Origin: Spirochaetia bacterium
GTDB taxonomy: Bacteria > Spirochaetota > Spirochaetia > CADAEX01
Reading direction: 5' to 3'
Length of the DNA: 64,000 nt
Assembly (NCBI GenBank): GCA_963662265.2
Contig: CAXXHA010000019.1
Coordinates: 1-64,000 of the forward strand
A program made the translations under genes and the position numbers. Shown here piece by piece: positions 19,523 through 29,542 of this stretch; position 1 is the stretch's first letter; every line of letters begins with the position of its first letter. The notes below the pieces were generated by a model. The model had not been told where the DNA came from, searched no databases, and was given only the letters and a program-made list of their open reading frames with translations.

Positions 19523-20542
19523 TTAAAATAGTTTAAGTATTGCATTAACAGGGAATTTGAGAAAATCTTCAAATCTCTGACTTGCACCCTGCTTCAGATA
19601 TCGCTGAAGCTTTGCAACATCTTTTATATCCCTGCCGGCAACTGCAAACATGATTGCACTGCCGTGTTTAACCTTTCCCCATTTGAAGAGTGTATTGATA
19701 TCATGTATCCTTTCCCCTTCATAGAATATAATAACTTCAAGTCCGGGATATTTTGTTTTGTAGCTTGTTATAATTCTTTTCCATGCTTCAACATTACCGT
19801 TATGGAAAAGCTCATTTGTTACAGGAACTGAATATAGAGGAGTCATTCTTGCATTTGTAGGTACCGGAGCTGCTGATGGTTTCTGTACTTCCTGTGGCTT
19901 TGCTTCAGGAGTTTTTACTGCTGCGGTATTTTTAGCAGTTTTTGCTGATGCAGCTTTTTTTCTTCCTGCAGTTTTCTTTGGTTCAGATGTTTTCTTTGCC
20001 ATTTTAACTGTATACTTCCCATTCAAGACAGAAGGCGGTACTTTATATTTTTTATTTTCAAGAATATTAATTACAGCATTTATTGCTGATACATGATTTT
20101 TACTGTTTTTACTGCCTGCATGATCGCCGGCATATATTGTTATAAGCTCAAAATTCTTTAAACCGCCTGTAAGATTCCAGCTGTCAGCTTTTTTTGGATT
20201 AAAAACTACATAACCGATATTCGGATTATGGTATCCAATGACAATGTCTACCCCTTTCCAGCCGGAAAGTATCTCTGTAATTTCATCAAATTTATCAAAA
20301 GTTTCCTTCATATTGTAGGATTTGAAACTGAACCCATATTTATCCGCAAGAAGAGAGTTTACAATAGGAAGAACCTGATGCTGTTCTATTGTATTGTCAT
20401 CAAGATATTCATTAATGGAATCTGCAATGTTATCGTAAGATTCGAAGTTATCGATTATTGATAATACAGACTGGAAATGATTTAAAGAATTATTAAAACC
20501 CTTACGTGTATAAAAGCGTTCATATTCTTTTACATCAGTCAT
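19523..20542 (-). CDS. Hypothetical protein with a Lys/Ala-rich linker and a C-terminal HPr-like domain
   Basis: Probable start MTDVKEYERF at 20542, since the longer TTG start lies inside a terminator hairpin. C-terminal 'VPVTNELFHNGN...KYPGLEVIIFYEG...INTLFKWG...GSAIMFAVAGRD' resembles HPr. Confidence 0.7.
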   Translation of the reverse strand: MTDVKEYERFYTRKGFNNSLNHFQSVLSIIDNFESYDNIADSINEYLDDNTIEQHQVLPIVNSLLADKYGFSFKSYNMKETFDKFDEITEILSGWKGVDIVIGYHNPNIGYVVFNPKKADSWNLTGGLKNFELITIYAGDHAGSKNSKNHVSAINAVINILENKKYKVPPSVLNGKYTVKMAKKTSEPKKTAGRKKAASAKTAKNTAAVKTPEAKPQEVQKPSAAPVPTNARMTPLYSVPVTNELFHNGNVEAWKRIITSYKTKYPGLEVIIFYEGERIHDINTLFKWGKVKHGSAIMFAVAGRDIKDVAKLQRYLKQGASQRFEDFLKFPVNAILKLF

Positions 20543-20564
20543 GGATTTACCCTGCCTTTTAAAA

Positions 20565-20598
20565 ATAGAAAAAGTTGGCAGCCTTAAAGCTGCCAACT
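20565..20598 (-). terminator. Intrinsic terminator immediately after cfpA
   Basis: Minus strand AGTTGGCAGC-tttaag-GCTGCCAACT (10-bp stem) followed by TTTTCTATTTTT. Confidence 0.75.
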
Positions 20599-20617
20599 GA
20601 TAAGATTATTAGATTAA

Positions 20618-22663
20618 CTAAATAGTAGTAAGTTTGTTACCGGATGATTTTCTTCTTCCGGGTTTTTTCTTTTTTGAATTATCAACTATTCCTGTTGATT
20701 TTTTCCGTCCCCGTTTTGTTGGTTCAGGTTTTTCGACAGTAAGAGCCTGTTCAATTTCTGGATTTTCTGAAGATGTGTTGTTTAAGAGGTCAAGGTAGCT
20801 TTCACCTGCGTTTTCACCATCTTCTTCCGGGAGATCAGTAGTAAAAGACTGGTTAATATCGCTTCTTACAGTAGATCTTCTTCTTGAGAATGCTGCAAAT
20901 GCCGCATCCTGGAATCCTTTTGATACACCGTAAAGGAATTCATTAAGAACATTAGCCATTCCGTCAAGTGTTGCTTTTTTTCTCTTGATTGAAGTTATAT
21001 CTAGATCAAGGAACAGACCAGGCTGTACATGGTACGGATTTATCATGTAGTCAAAAGAGTTGAATTTCTTTTCAAGATTATCAATTCTTTCTTCCATAAC
21101 TCTTCTCTGTATCGGATATTTGTATCCATACATTTCATGAAGCCGTTTTTTCATTATGATGAATCTCTTTTTAACCTTGTCTTTTTCAAAAACATAAGTC
21201 CTGTTGAGTTCTTCAACACTTGTTTCTGCAGGTTTTACAAAGGAAATCTCATCCCATACTTTTTCAATATCTTCATAAACAGGATCGCCTGTCTTGGATT
21301 TAATTGTTTTTGTTATCTTGTTTTTATAAGCTTTAGCAAGATCTTCGAAATCTGTTACACCTTTGAAACGTTTCGCATCCTGATAAACCATTTCAAGAAT
21401 ATCCCATACATGTGAGCATTCAACTTCGAAAGACTTGATCTGAACATCATAAGCTTTCTGCTCTTCAATAAGCTGAGCATTGTCATAGTATCTGAGTCTG
21501 ATCTGGTATCTTTCATCAGGAAGGTTCTGAACATCTGTATCTTCATATTCTCTTATAAGAAGTTCTCTTCCGTTTTTAAGGTTTTCAATATACTGGTAAC
21601 CCATTTTTGAAGTATCAAGAATTGAAGTAATAGAGTTTACAGCTGTGTTGTAACCCCTGTTTCTGATATTTTCGATATCAATTATTTTTTTAAGATTTTC
21701 CCTGATATTGAGCTGATCAAAACTTTCAGGATCAATTTCAGCTCTCAGACCGTCAATTGCATCCATAAGGTTTTTGGCAACCATAGAATATCTTTTTGAT
21801 TTGGGACTTGTCTTGTCATCATCAGTATGATTTTCAACAAGTTTCATCTTTTCGAAAATTATTTCACTGTCAGTCAGTTCCTCTTTACCTTCATCAATAA
21901 GAAGATCTTTAACATTTTCAATTTCTTTGTCCAGAAGATCTGTAATATTTTTTGAGATGAGTTCTTTTATAAGATATTCAACTGTAGCCTGATAATGAAA
22001 AATCGGACTGATAAGTTCAGAGTCCAGAATATTTACAGACATTTTAACATCACAAACTGTTTTAGGTTTGTATGCATTGTCTTTAAATGCACATTTAACA
22101 ACTGAATATGCATTTTCACCCCTGATAAAGGCACCTACATCTGTTTTCTGTCTAAGGAGAGAGTTAGTCAGGTTTTCAAGCTCATTAACTCCTCTCTGGA
22201 TGTGGCCCTGAAGGTGACCGTACATATTAACAATCGATTTTTCAATTTCACCGGTGTTGAATTTGTCCATTCCACCGACTTCATCAAGAAGTGATGCAAT
22301 TTCCTTAGGTGTATACCGGTTGAGGACTTTCATTTCCTCTTTGTCTATGAAATTTCGTACCTTTTTAACCATTTCATCTTCAGATGTAACAATATATCTG
22401 TTGAACATGTTCTGGTAATTCTGGTTAAAATAGTTATAGACTTTTTCTTTAAGTCCACCCATTATGTCGACTTTTTCTAGAACTTCAAGAGGAAGTTTTG
22501 ATGATAAGTGATTCATCACTTTATCTACTTCTTCTGCAAGAAGTCTATCAACCTCTTCCTGCTGATCCCTGCTTTCCTGAGCAAGAGAGTTCCTGGATCC
22601 TACAGCACTGGGCTTTTCAGGATGGAAAACCATCGGGCTTTTTGGTAGATCAATACTTCCCAT
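20618..22663 (-). CDS. cfpA: Cytoplasmic filament protein CfpA
   Basis: N-terminus '[26 protein letters not shown]...[22 protein letters not shown]...[13 protein letters not shown]' matches the treponemal CfpA I recall; 681 aa; RBS AAGGAG. Confidence 0.92.
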   Translation of the reverse strand: MGSIDLPKSPMVFHPEKPSAVGSRNSLAQESRDQQEEVDRLLAEEVDKVMNHLSSKLPLEVLEKVDIMGGLKEKVYNYFNQNYQNMFNRYIVTSEDEMVKKVRNFIDKEEMKVLNRYTPKEIASLLDEVGGMDKFNTGEIEKSIVNMYGHLQGHIQRGVNELENLTNSLLRQKTDVGAFIRGENAYSVVKCAFKDNAYKPKTVCDVKMSVNILDSELISPIFHYQATVEYLIKELISKNITDLLDKEIENVKDLLIDEGKEELTDSEIIFEKMKLVENHTDDDKTSPKSKRYSMVAKNLMDAIDGLRAEIDPESFDQLNIRENLKKIIDIENIRNRGYNTAVNSITSILDTSKMGYQYIENLKNGRELLIREYEDTDVQNLPDERYQIRLRYYDNAQLIEEQKAYDVQIKSFEVECSHVWDILEMVYQDAKRFKGVTDFEDLAKAYKNKITKTIKSKTGDPVYEDIEKVWDEISFVKPAETSVEELNRTYVFEKDKVKKRFIIMKKRLHEMYGYKYPIQRRVMEERIDNLEKKFNSFDYMINPYHVQPGLFLDLDITSIKRKKATLDGMANVLNEFLYGVSKGFQDAAFAAFSRRRSTVRSDINQSFTTDLPEEDGENAGESYLDLLNNTSSENPEIEQALTVEKPEPTKRGRKKSTGIVDNSKKKKPGRRKSSGNKLTTI

Positions 22664-22694
22664 AATACTCTCCTTATTTATCCTTACATTTATA

Positions 22695-22724
22695 GAATAT
22701 CAACAACTTAATACAAATGTAAAG
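22695..22724 (-). promoter_or_regulatory. Putative cfpA promoter
   Basis: Minus strand TTTACA-N18-TATTCT with an extended -10 TG, preceded by an A-tract (possible UP element). Confidence 0.35.
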
Positions 22725-23082
22725 CAAGTTTTTTTTTTTTTCATGTTTAATGGAAATTATATATTTTAATTAGAGAACGATTAAATCAACAAATCTGCAA
22801 TTAATTAAAAATACTAATCAGATTATACGGAAAATAATTATATAATTCAAACACATTTTTTAAAAATAAGTATTTGTAATATTTTGTTCAGAATATTATG
22901 ATTAAAGAGACTATGAAACGGGTTTTTTATTTTCCGTATTTTCATTACTTATAAGGAAAATAATAATTTATAAACAACAGGCATGTTAAAAATACTGTCT
23001 GTAAAAATGACTGCAAAGATTTAAGTAAGCAATAATATTTAAAACCCGGAAATATAGGTTTAATAATGAAAAGGTGCTTAAT

Positions 23083-24450
23083 ATGTTAAAAAAAATTATT
23101 CTCTGCTTGCTGGTTTTAGTTAATTCATTTTTTGTTTTTTCAGATGAAAGAAAGGAAAATATTGAAATATTCATACTGCTGGATAAATCTCTTTCAATGG
23201 AAAACAATATTGAAGAAGTAAAAAACTACATAGAAAGCTTCATAATTGATAAAATAATCATAGACGGCGACAGGTTGTTAATAATAAATTTCTACGGTGA
23301 AACAGAAAGATTTCTTGATACTGTAGTAGCAAATGAAAACGCAAGGAATGATGTTAAAAGAAGACTCGAAACAGTCTCAGCCGACGGACGTTTTACCGAT
23401 ATAGGAAGCGCACTGGACAGACTGAATGAAACCGCAGGTGATGAAACTGAAACACTCAGGTATATGCTTCTGATAACTGACGGTAAGCAGGAAGCTCCTC
23501 CCGGAACAAAATATTACAGCCCTGATGGAAGTTTTAACCATGAACTTCTAAAACATACAAAAACAATACAGAAGAAGGGGTGGAAAATAGAAGTACTTGG
23601 GATTGGAAAGCTGAATAAAGCAGCAGATATAGCTGAAAAACTGTCAGGTACCTATGTTGAAGTTGAAAAAGCAGATGCATTAGATCTTGCAGAAAAAACA
23701 TCTGATTTTCTGACAGTTGTTTCAGTAAAAGATAAACCAGTAATTGGAAAATTAAACAGTAAAAATGAATCCTCTATGACTTTCACAGCTGTTTCCTCAA
23801 ATACTGATGAAAATACTGAAATAGTAATAGAATCAATAAAGTTTTCAGACAGTAAAACTGTTTATGAAATGATAGAGGAACCTTTTGAAATTAATATAAT
23901 ACCTGGTACTGAAAATGAAATAAAAATCCCGGTAAAGTTAAGCAGAGATATTGATCCCGGAACTGCAAATGGAAGCATTGAATTCTTCTATTCATCTGAA
24001 AACATTCTGACCCCTTCCCTTTTCGACATGGAATTGGTAAAAAAAGAAGGTTTCAAAGCTGTTTATATTTATATACCGGCAGTAATTATAATTATTCTGA
24101 TTCTTTTTCTTTTCTTAGGCAGATATCTGAAAAAAGGGGGAAAAGAGGAGGACAGAGGTTTTGATGTTTTTATTGACAATGAAAAGCTTTCAGAAATACC
24201 ATATAAACTTAAAAACAATGAAAAACTGTTTCTGTTATTAAATACTGCAGGTGAATTATCCTTATCAAGAATAAAATCATCACTTGCAAAAGGCTATATT
24301 ATAAAAACAGGAAGTAAAGTTGATTTTAAAATACTGGACAGCAAGATATTCCCTGATTTCAAGGATAAAATTGATAATATATTGGGAAAAACTGTAAATA
24401 TTAAATTAAAAAGCGGTAAATTGCTGAAAATTCTTTTTAAGAGGAAATAA
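23083..24450 (+). CDS. von Willebrand factor A domain membrane protein
   Basis: Signal peptide; MIDAS 'LLDKSLSM...FTDIG...LITDG'; TM helix 'AVYIYIPAVIIIILILFLFLG' followed by a cytoplasmic tail. Confidence 0.85.
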   Translation: MLKKIILCLLVLVNSFFVFSDERKENIEIFILLDKSLSMENNIEEVKNYIESFIIDKIIIDGDRLLIINFYGETERFLDTVVANENARNDVKRRLETVSADGRFTDIGSALDRLNETAGDETETLRYMLLITDGKQEAPPGTKYYSPDGSFNHELLKHTKTIQKKGWKIEVLGIGKLNKAADIAEKLSGTYVEVEKADALDLAEKTSDFLTVVSVKDKPVIGKLNSKNESSMTFTAVSSNTDENTEIVIESIKFSDSKTVYEMIEEPFEINIIPGTENEIKIPVKLSRDIDPGTANGSIEFFYSSENILTPSLFDMELVKKEGFKAVYIYIPAVIIIILILFLFLGRYLKKGGKEEDRGFDVFIDNEKLSEIPYKLKNNEKLFLLLNTAGELSLSRIKSSLAKGYIIKTGSKVDFKILDSKIFPDFKDKIDNILGKTVNIKLKSGKLLKILFKRK

Positions 24451-25568
24451 TGAATTTTACAACCCTTTTTTTTGATAAAGGGGGTATTAAAAAAGATATA
24501 CCCGGCTTTACTGAATATTTTTCTTCATCAGAACTCGGGTTCTGGGGCGAATATACTTTTCTGGATTTTGCATTATTTATAATAAATCCGGATAAAAGTT
24601 TTTTTATCTGTGACAGGGAAATACGGAAAAACATCAATAACATTCTGATGAAATGGGATGAAAAAAACTATGATTTTTTTACATATCAGAACGATTTTGA
24701 TACTGTAAAGAATTTCCTGAACAAAATAGAGGATGAAATCATAATTTTTTATGATATTAATTTTGCTGCTGTTGCGGAAACAGATGAATTAAAGAAAGCT
24801 GTAGATGATTTTGCAGATGATAAAAAGGAGACAATATCCAAAATATCAATAAATTCAGTACCTGTTGATATTTATATAGCTGATAAGAATTATTTGGTAC
24901 AGCAGATGGATATTCTGAGGAACAGAATACAGTCTGATTCTTATGTTTTTGATTTTATTATAGAAGAAATACTGGCAACAGGTTTTGAAGAAATAAGAGA
25001 TTTAAAGGGTGAAATACTGTTTAACAGCAGCGTGAACCAGTTTTTAATAAATAATTTATCTCTGCTGAATAAAGAAGCAGGAGATATTATGGATGATTTT
25101 ATGAAATATACCCCACCCCCACATGAGAAGGAATCATTTATCGGAAAAAAAGGGGAAGTCGTAAATTCCATAATTTCTTCCAATTCAAGAATAGATGGAT
25201 ATGTGGAGAATTCTGTTATTTTTTCGGGTGTAACAGTTAAGCAGAATGCTGTTATCAAAAACTCGGTGATAATGAACGGTAATCAGATTGGTAAATTTGT
25301 AAACATTGAAAATTCTATTATTCTACCGAATTTGAAACAGCAGGGTAATAATTCAAATATTCAGGACAGGAGTATTATCGGAGGAAAATCCAGAGTAAAG
25401 AACAAAGATTATCCTGAACATATATTTGGCGGTATTACCGTGATTGGTATGAACAGCACAATACCTGTAAAATTTGTGGCAGAACCTGGATCTTTAATAG
25501 GTGCCGATGTTACAGCAGCCCGGTTAAAGGAATTAAAAAAGGTTAAAAAAAGTGGTTCAGTTATATGA
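24450..25568 (+). CDS. GlgC/GlgD-like protein (degenerate nucleotidyltransferase domain plus left-handed beta-helix)
   Basis: C-terminal hexapeptide region 'VVNSIISSNSRIDGYVENSVIFSGVTVKQNAVIKNSVIM' and 'GITVIG'. N-terminal 'FWGEYTFLDFAL' matches 'FGGKYRIIDF' but the Gly-rich loop is missing. Confidence 0.65.
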   Translation: MNFTTLFFDKGGIKKDIPGFTEYFSSSELGFWGEYTFLDFALFIINPDKSFFICDREIRKNINNILMKWDEKNYDFFTYQNDFDTVKNFLNKIEDEIIIFYDINFAAVAETDELKKAVDDFADDKKETISKISINSVPVDIYIADKNYLVQQMDILRNRIQSDSYVFDFIIEEILATGFEEIRDLKGEILFNSSVNQFLINNLSLLNKEAGDIMDDFMKYTPPPHEKESFIGKKGEVVNSIISSNSRIDGYVENSVIFSGVTVKQNAVIKNSVIMNGNQIGKFVNIENSIILPNLKQQGNNSNIQDRSIIGGKSRVKNKDYPEHIFGGITVIGMNSTIPVKFVAEPGSLIGADVTAARLKELKKVKKSGSVI

Positions 25569-26569
25569 AAAACCTAAAAAGATTTTATAATTATCTGGAT
25601 AAATATGATAAATTTATTCTGACAGCACATGAAAATCCTGACGGGGATGCGATAGGAAGCGAATATGCGTTATGCCGTCATTTGAAAAACTGCGGGATAA
25701 TAGCAAGAATTATCACTTGTGAGACTATACCTGATAAATACAGCTTCATTGACCAGGATAATCTTATTGAGTTTGTTGCTTCTGCAGATGATCTGCCTGA
25801 TAATTTAAATGAATATGCACTTATTATTCTTGATACAAACACACCATATAATACAGGAATGATATACAGTTTTATAAAGGAAGAAATAAAAGATATTTTT
25901 ATTATTGATCATCATGAAAATCCTGATGAAGATTCAATTACAGATTATAACTGTATAGAAACAGAAGCCTCTTCATCGAGTGAAATTGTTTACCGGATAA
26001 TTAACAACAGCAAACGAAACAGTGATATATCATTTGACATGGCACAGGCGATGTATGCCGGTATAGTCTATGATACAGGTTCATTTATATATCCTAAAAC
26101 AGGCGATCAGACACTTGCTATAGCTGCAAGTCTTGTTAAAACAGGAATTAAACCCAATTACATATATTCACAGATGTATGAAAGCAGCAGCCTTTCAGCT
26201 CTGAAGCTTCATTCAAAGGTTTTTTCTGATATTGAATTTTATCATAATCACAGAACTGCTCTTCAGATAATGACAAGAGATATTCTCAGGAAATTCAATG
26301 CTTCATACGAAGATGGAGATACCATCATAAACATACCGTTAAAGTGCAAAGATATTAAAATATCAGTTTTTTTCAAGGAAAATAAAAAGGGAATACTGCG
26401 CTGTTCAATGAGATCAAAGGATAACCTTGATGTTGCCTCAATCGCAAGGAGTTTCGGAGGTGGCGGACATACAACAGCCGCAGGCTTTAAATGCAATGAA
26501 CCACTTGAAATTGTCCGGAAAAAAGTGTTAAAAGAAATTAAAAAAATATTAGGGCTGATAATAAAATGA
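25565..26569 (+). CDS. nrnA: DHH/DHHA1 phosphoesterase (NrnA-like oligoribonuclease/pAp phosphatase)
   Basis: 'HENPDGDAIGS', 'IIDHHE', 'GIVYDTGSF', 'SMRS', 'GGGGHTTAAG'. Confidence 0.88.
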   Translation: MKNLKRFYNYLDKYDKFILTAHENPDGDAIGSEYALCRHLKNCGIIARIITCETIPDKYSFIDQDNLIEFVASADDLPDNLNEYALIILDTNTPYNTGMIYSFIKEEIKDIFIIDHHENPDEDSITDYNCIETEASSSSEIVYRIINNSKRNSDISFDMAQAMYAGIVYDTGSFIYPKTGDQTLAIAASLVKTGIKPNYIYSQMYESSSLSALKLHSKVFSDIEFYHNHRTALQIMTRDILRKFNASYEDGDTIINIPLKCKDIKISVFFKENKKGILRCSMRSKDNLDVASIARSFGGGGHTTAAGFKCNEPLEIVRKKVLKEIKKILGLIIK

Positions 26570-28084
26570 AATATCTTAAACTGTTTATTCTCTCTCTGAT
26601 TATTGTTTCTTTAAATATATCCTGCAGTAAAAATACTGAAGAAGAAAGCAATGCACCTCGGAAAGTTGTGACTGACAATAATGAAAAACAGCTTACAGAT
26701 GCTGGAATTGAAAACGGACTGAAACATCAGTATCCTGAAGAAAAAACTGAACCAAGGATAAATATCGAAAATCAGGATCTGATTGCATATATTCAGAATG
26801 TAAATCTCGACTTTGATACAGAAGAGGAACAGGTAATCATACAGAAAGACAGGGACGTTAAAAACAAATTAAACCTGATTGTTGTTGATTTCGATTCTGT
26901 GAGAAACAAGTATATAAAGACATGGGAAACAGTTCAGGAAAAATATAAATCCAAGAACATTTATCATATCTTATGCAGATACTGTAGGGGACCATAACCT
27001 TGAAATTATTTTCAGGGGAACAGGCAGCAGTAATGAACAGATACTGTCAATATACAGGAAAACACACTCACCTGCAGGTATCAGCCTTTACTATAAGAAT
27101 ATAGCAGATATAAAAATAGATGGTCAGATCGAGATTGTTGAGAAGGAGAGAAGTTCCGCATATCTTCTGGGACAGAAGAACGGGATCAGTTTCCCTGTTA
27201 TTACCTACGAGAGGGATGAGGAATCTCAGAATCTTCTTGATATGGTAAAGAAGACTTTCATCTGGAATTACCAGTCCAGCAGATTCATAAAATCATTTGA
27301 AGAGAAAATTCCGGGTGAGAAAATAGAGGAAGAAAGGCTTAAAAAGCTTTTTAACGAAGGAATTGATTCATATCAGGATTTTCTGCAGGGACAGTGGATT
27401 AATACAGATTCAAGTGATTCTGTAATAAGTTTTGACAAGGAATCAAAGGAAATAGCACTTTATTCAAAAGATATACTTGAAATATATAAATGGACAGATT
27501 TCAAACAGATCAAAAATACCCAACAGTGTTTATATAAGCGCCAGAAATGATCTTATACATTTTATTAGAAAAAACATATTTATCAGGATTGAGAAACTCA
27601 ACAGGATAAGAATTGTTGTCAATGACAGGGAATTTTCTAATAATATAAATCCATGGAATGGTAATTATGAGAAAATTAACAGCAGTTATACAGAATCAGC
27701 TGAAAAAGACAATGAATCAGCTGAAGAAATCAAACTAGAAGGAATATTTACCGGTATAAATGACACTATTACTTTCAATGGTTCTGAATTCACCCAGAAA
27801 GGATCTGACTTTGTTAAAAGCGGTATTTTTTCTGTATTCAACTATAACGGTCAAAATATTATAGAGTTGAGATATCTTGATTCAAACAGGCTGGTCGGCG
27901 AGAAAAAAGAATACAGCATTGACTACAGGGCAGTACAATATTGATAACAAAACAGTTAATGAACCTGAGGCTTCAGAGAGGCGAAATAAAATCACAGTAT
28001 TTTGATGCTTCGGGTGAAGATATCATGATCTATAACCAGACAATTGAAAACGAAGAAGCTGAAGAAAATAAAGAAGCTGAATAA
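26566..28084 (+). CDS. Pallilysin (Tp0751)-related lipoprotein/adhesin, broken by several frameshifts
   Basis: Lipoprotein signal 'LNISC'. Fragments join via shifts at ~26940, ~27500 and ~27930-27965 into one ~500-aa protein ('NLDFDTEEEQV...DTVGDHNLEIIFRG...DGQIEIVEKERSSAYLLG...FIWN...FLQGQW') ending TAA at 28084. Downstream of the vWA gene, as I recall for treponemes. Confidence 0.6.
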
Positions 28085-28218
28085 GTTGAAACTATAATTT
28101 ATTTATTGTGATTGTTATGTAAACTGTGTTTTTCCTGAATAGTTCTATTAGATAACTGGCCAATTGTCTATTAATTTGAATAACAAGCTGGAAATAAATT
28201 GAGAGATTTAATAAAAAA

Positions 28219-29280
28219 TCATTTAAACACCATGAAGCTTTCTATTGAATGTTCCTTCAGTTTAATATGGTATTCTTCAGCTTTTTCCCTAGATTCTGCA
28301 GGAATCAGGACTTTGTATATTTTCCGTCCCTTATAGTCAGATTCCCTGACATTTACATTGAAACCGATTGCAGAAAGTCTTTCCGCCATCTTATCAGCAT
28401 TTGTTCTGCTGCTGTATGAACCTGTCTGAAGAAAAATCAAACTGCCTGTATTATCTGAAGCTGTATTTTCAACAGTATTATTATCCGGAGATATCAGAGA
28501 ATAGTTTAAATAAACTGCGGGAGATATCATGCTGCTGTAAGAGAGAAGAGCTTTTATATCTGAAATATCTTCTTTTTCCTCAAGACGTTTCTTTGCCTGT
28601 TCTGAAGGGGTATTCAGGTTATATTTATCTGAAATCAGTAATACTGCCGCAAGATTTTCAGAAGATATATCTTTTTTTGAAGTTAATTTCTGAAGAATAT
28701 TTTCCCCTTCACTCTTGTTTCCGGAAAGAATATTTATCATGGATTCAATAATATCTGCCCTGTAGATACTGTTGGAATCCAGTGGAAGAGTTTTGTAGAA
28801 TATTATCTGTTTTAATGCTTTTGTGAATTCTCCGTTATCCATAAGTATTCTTGATGAAATAAGAAGTGAGCTGCTGTTTGATGGATCTGGATATTCGTTG
28901 TATGATGAAAGATAGAATTCAACTGCAGTTTCTGTTTTTCCGGAAAGTTCCGATATTTCCGCCGCATCTCTTAAAATTGATGATTTCTGTTTATTGTTTT
29001 TTACTCTTTTTATGCTGTCTTTTACTGAAATAATTATCTTATCAACATCTTTTTCATATTTTAATATTTTATCAAGTGAATCTGATATTTTTTCTGGAGA
29101 TGCAGATTCAGTTTTAATATATTTATAAAAGTAAGAAAGACTTTTTTCTGTATTGCCGTTTTTAAGACTTTTTACAGCATTATCATAAGAATCTGAATAA
29201 ACAGGGAAACATGATAAATATATTAGTAAAAAAGATATAAAAAATTTATTAAATACTGTTGTTTTCAATATTTTTATCAT
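28219..29280 (-). CDS. SPOR domain protein with helical-repeat N-terminus
   Basis: C-terminal 'IFLQTGSYSSRTNADKMAERL...YKVLI...SREKAEEY' is a SPOR pattern; signal peptide present. Confidence 0.8.
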   Translation of the reverse strand: MIKILKTTVFNKFFISFLLIYLSCFPVYSDSYDNAVKSLKNGNTEKSLSYFYKYIKTESASPEKISDSLDKILKYEKDVDKIIISVKDSIKRVKNNKQKSSILRDAAEISELSGKTETAVEFYLSSYNEYPDPSNSSSLLISSRILMDNGEFTKALKQIIFYKTLPLDSNSIYRADIIESMINILSGNKSEGENILQKLTSKKDISSENLAAVLLISDKYNLNTPSEQAKKRLEEKEDISDIKALLSYSSMISPAVYLNYSLISPDNNTVENTASDNTGSLIFLQTGSYSSRTNADKMAERLSAIGFNVNVRESDYKGRKIYKVLIPAESREKAEEYHIKLKEHSIESFMVFK

Positions 29281-29542
29281 CTTCCTTTCTGAACAGCTTT
29301 TTTTTCTTTTTATCAGGTTTATTTTCAGCTGGCTTGATTTTCTTTTTCCCTCTGATCAAAGTGAAAGGGAGGACAATTAAGGCTCCGGATACAAATGATA
29401 TCAGAATACTGAGAAAGACAGGAACATCTTTAAGTGTTGTAAAGCCGAATGAAATATCTGAAACATTTTTCATATTGAGTCCTGCAAAAATTGCTTCAAT
29501 TGTAATAATAAGAACAATAAGTATTATTTTAAATTTCATCAT
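29249..29542 (-). CDS. LapA/DUF1049-like small membrane protein
   Basis: Two TM segments; pattern 'IFAGLN...ISFGF...VPVFLSILISFVSGAL'. Confidence 0.65.
   Translation of the reverse strand: MMKFKIILIVLIITIEAIFAGLNMKNVSDISFGFTTLKDVPVFLSILISFVSGALIVLPFTLIRGKKKIKPAENKPDKKKKKLFRKEDDKNIENNSI

Noticed and set aside
20543-20596. Longer TTG start for the gene after cfpA
   Set aside because: It lies within the cfpA terminator hairpin; the ATG at 20542 has a purine-rich RBS.
22729-22742. T14 homopolymer upstream of cfpA as a phase-variation tract
   Set aside because: It lies upstream of the putative -35, so length changes would not alter promoter spacing; more likely an UP element.
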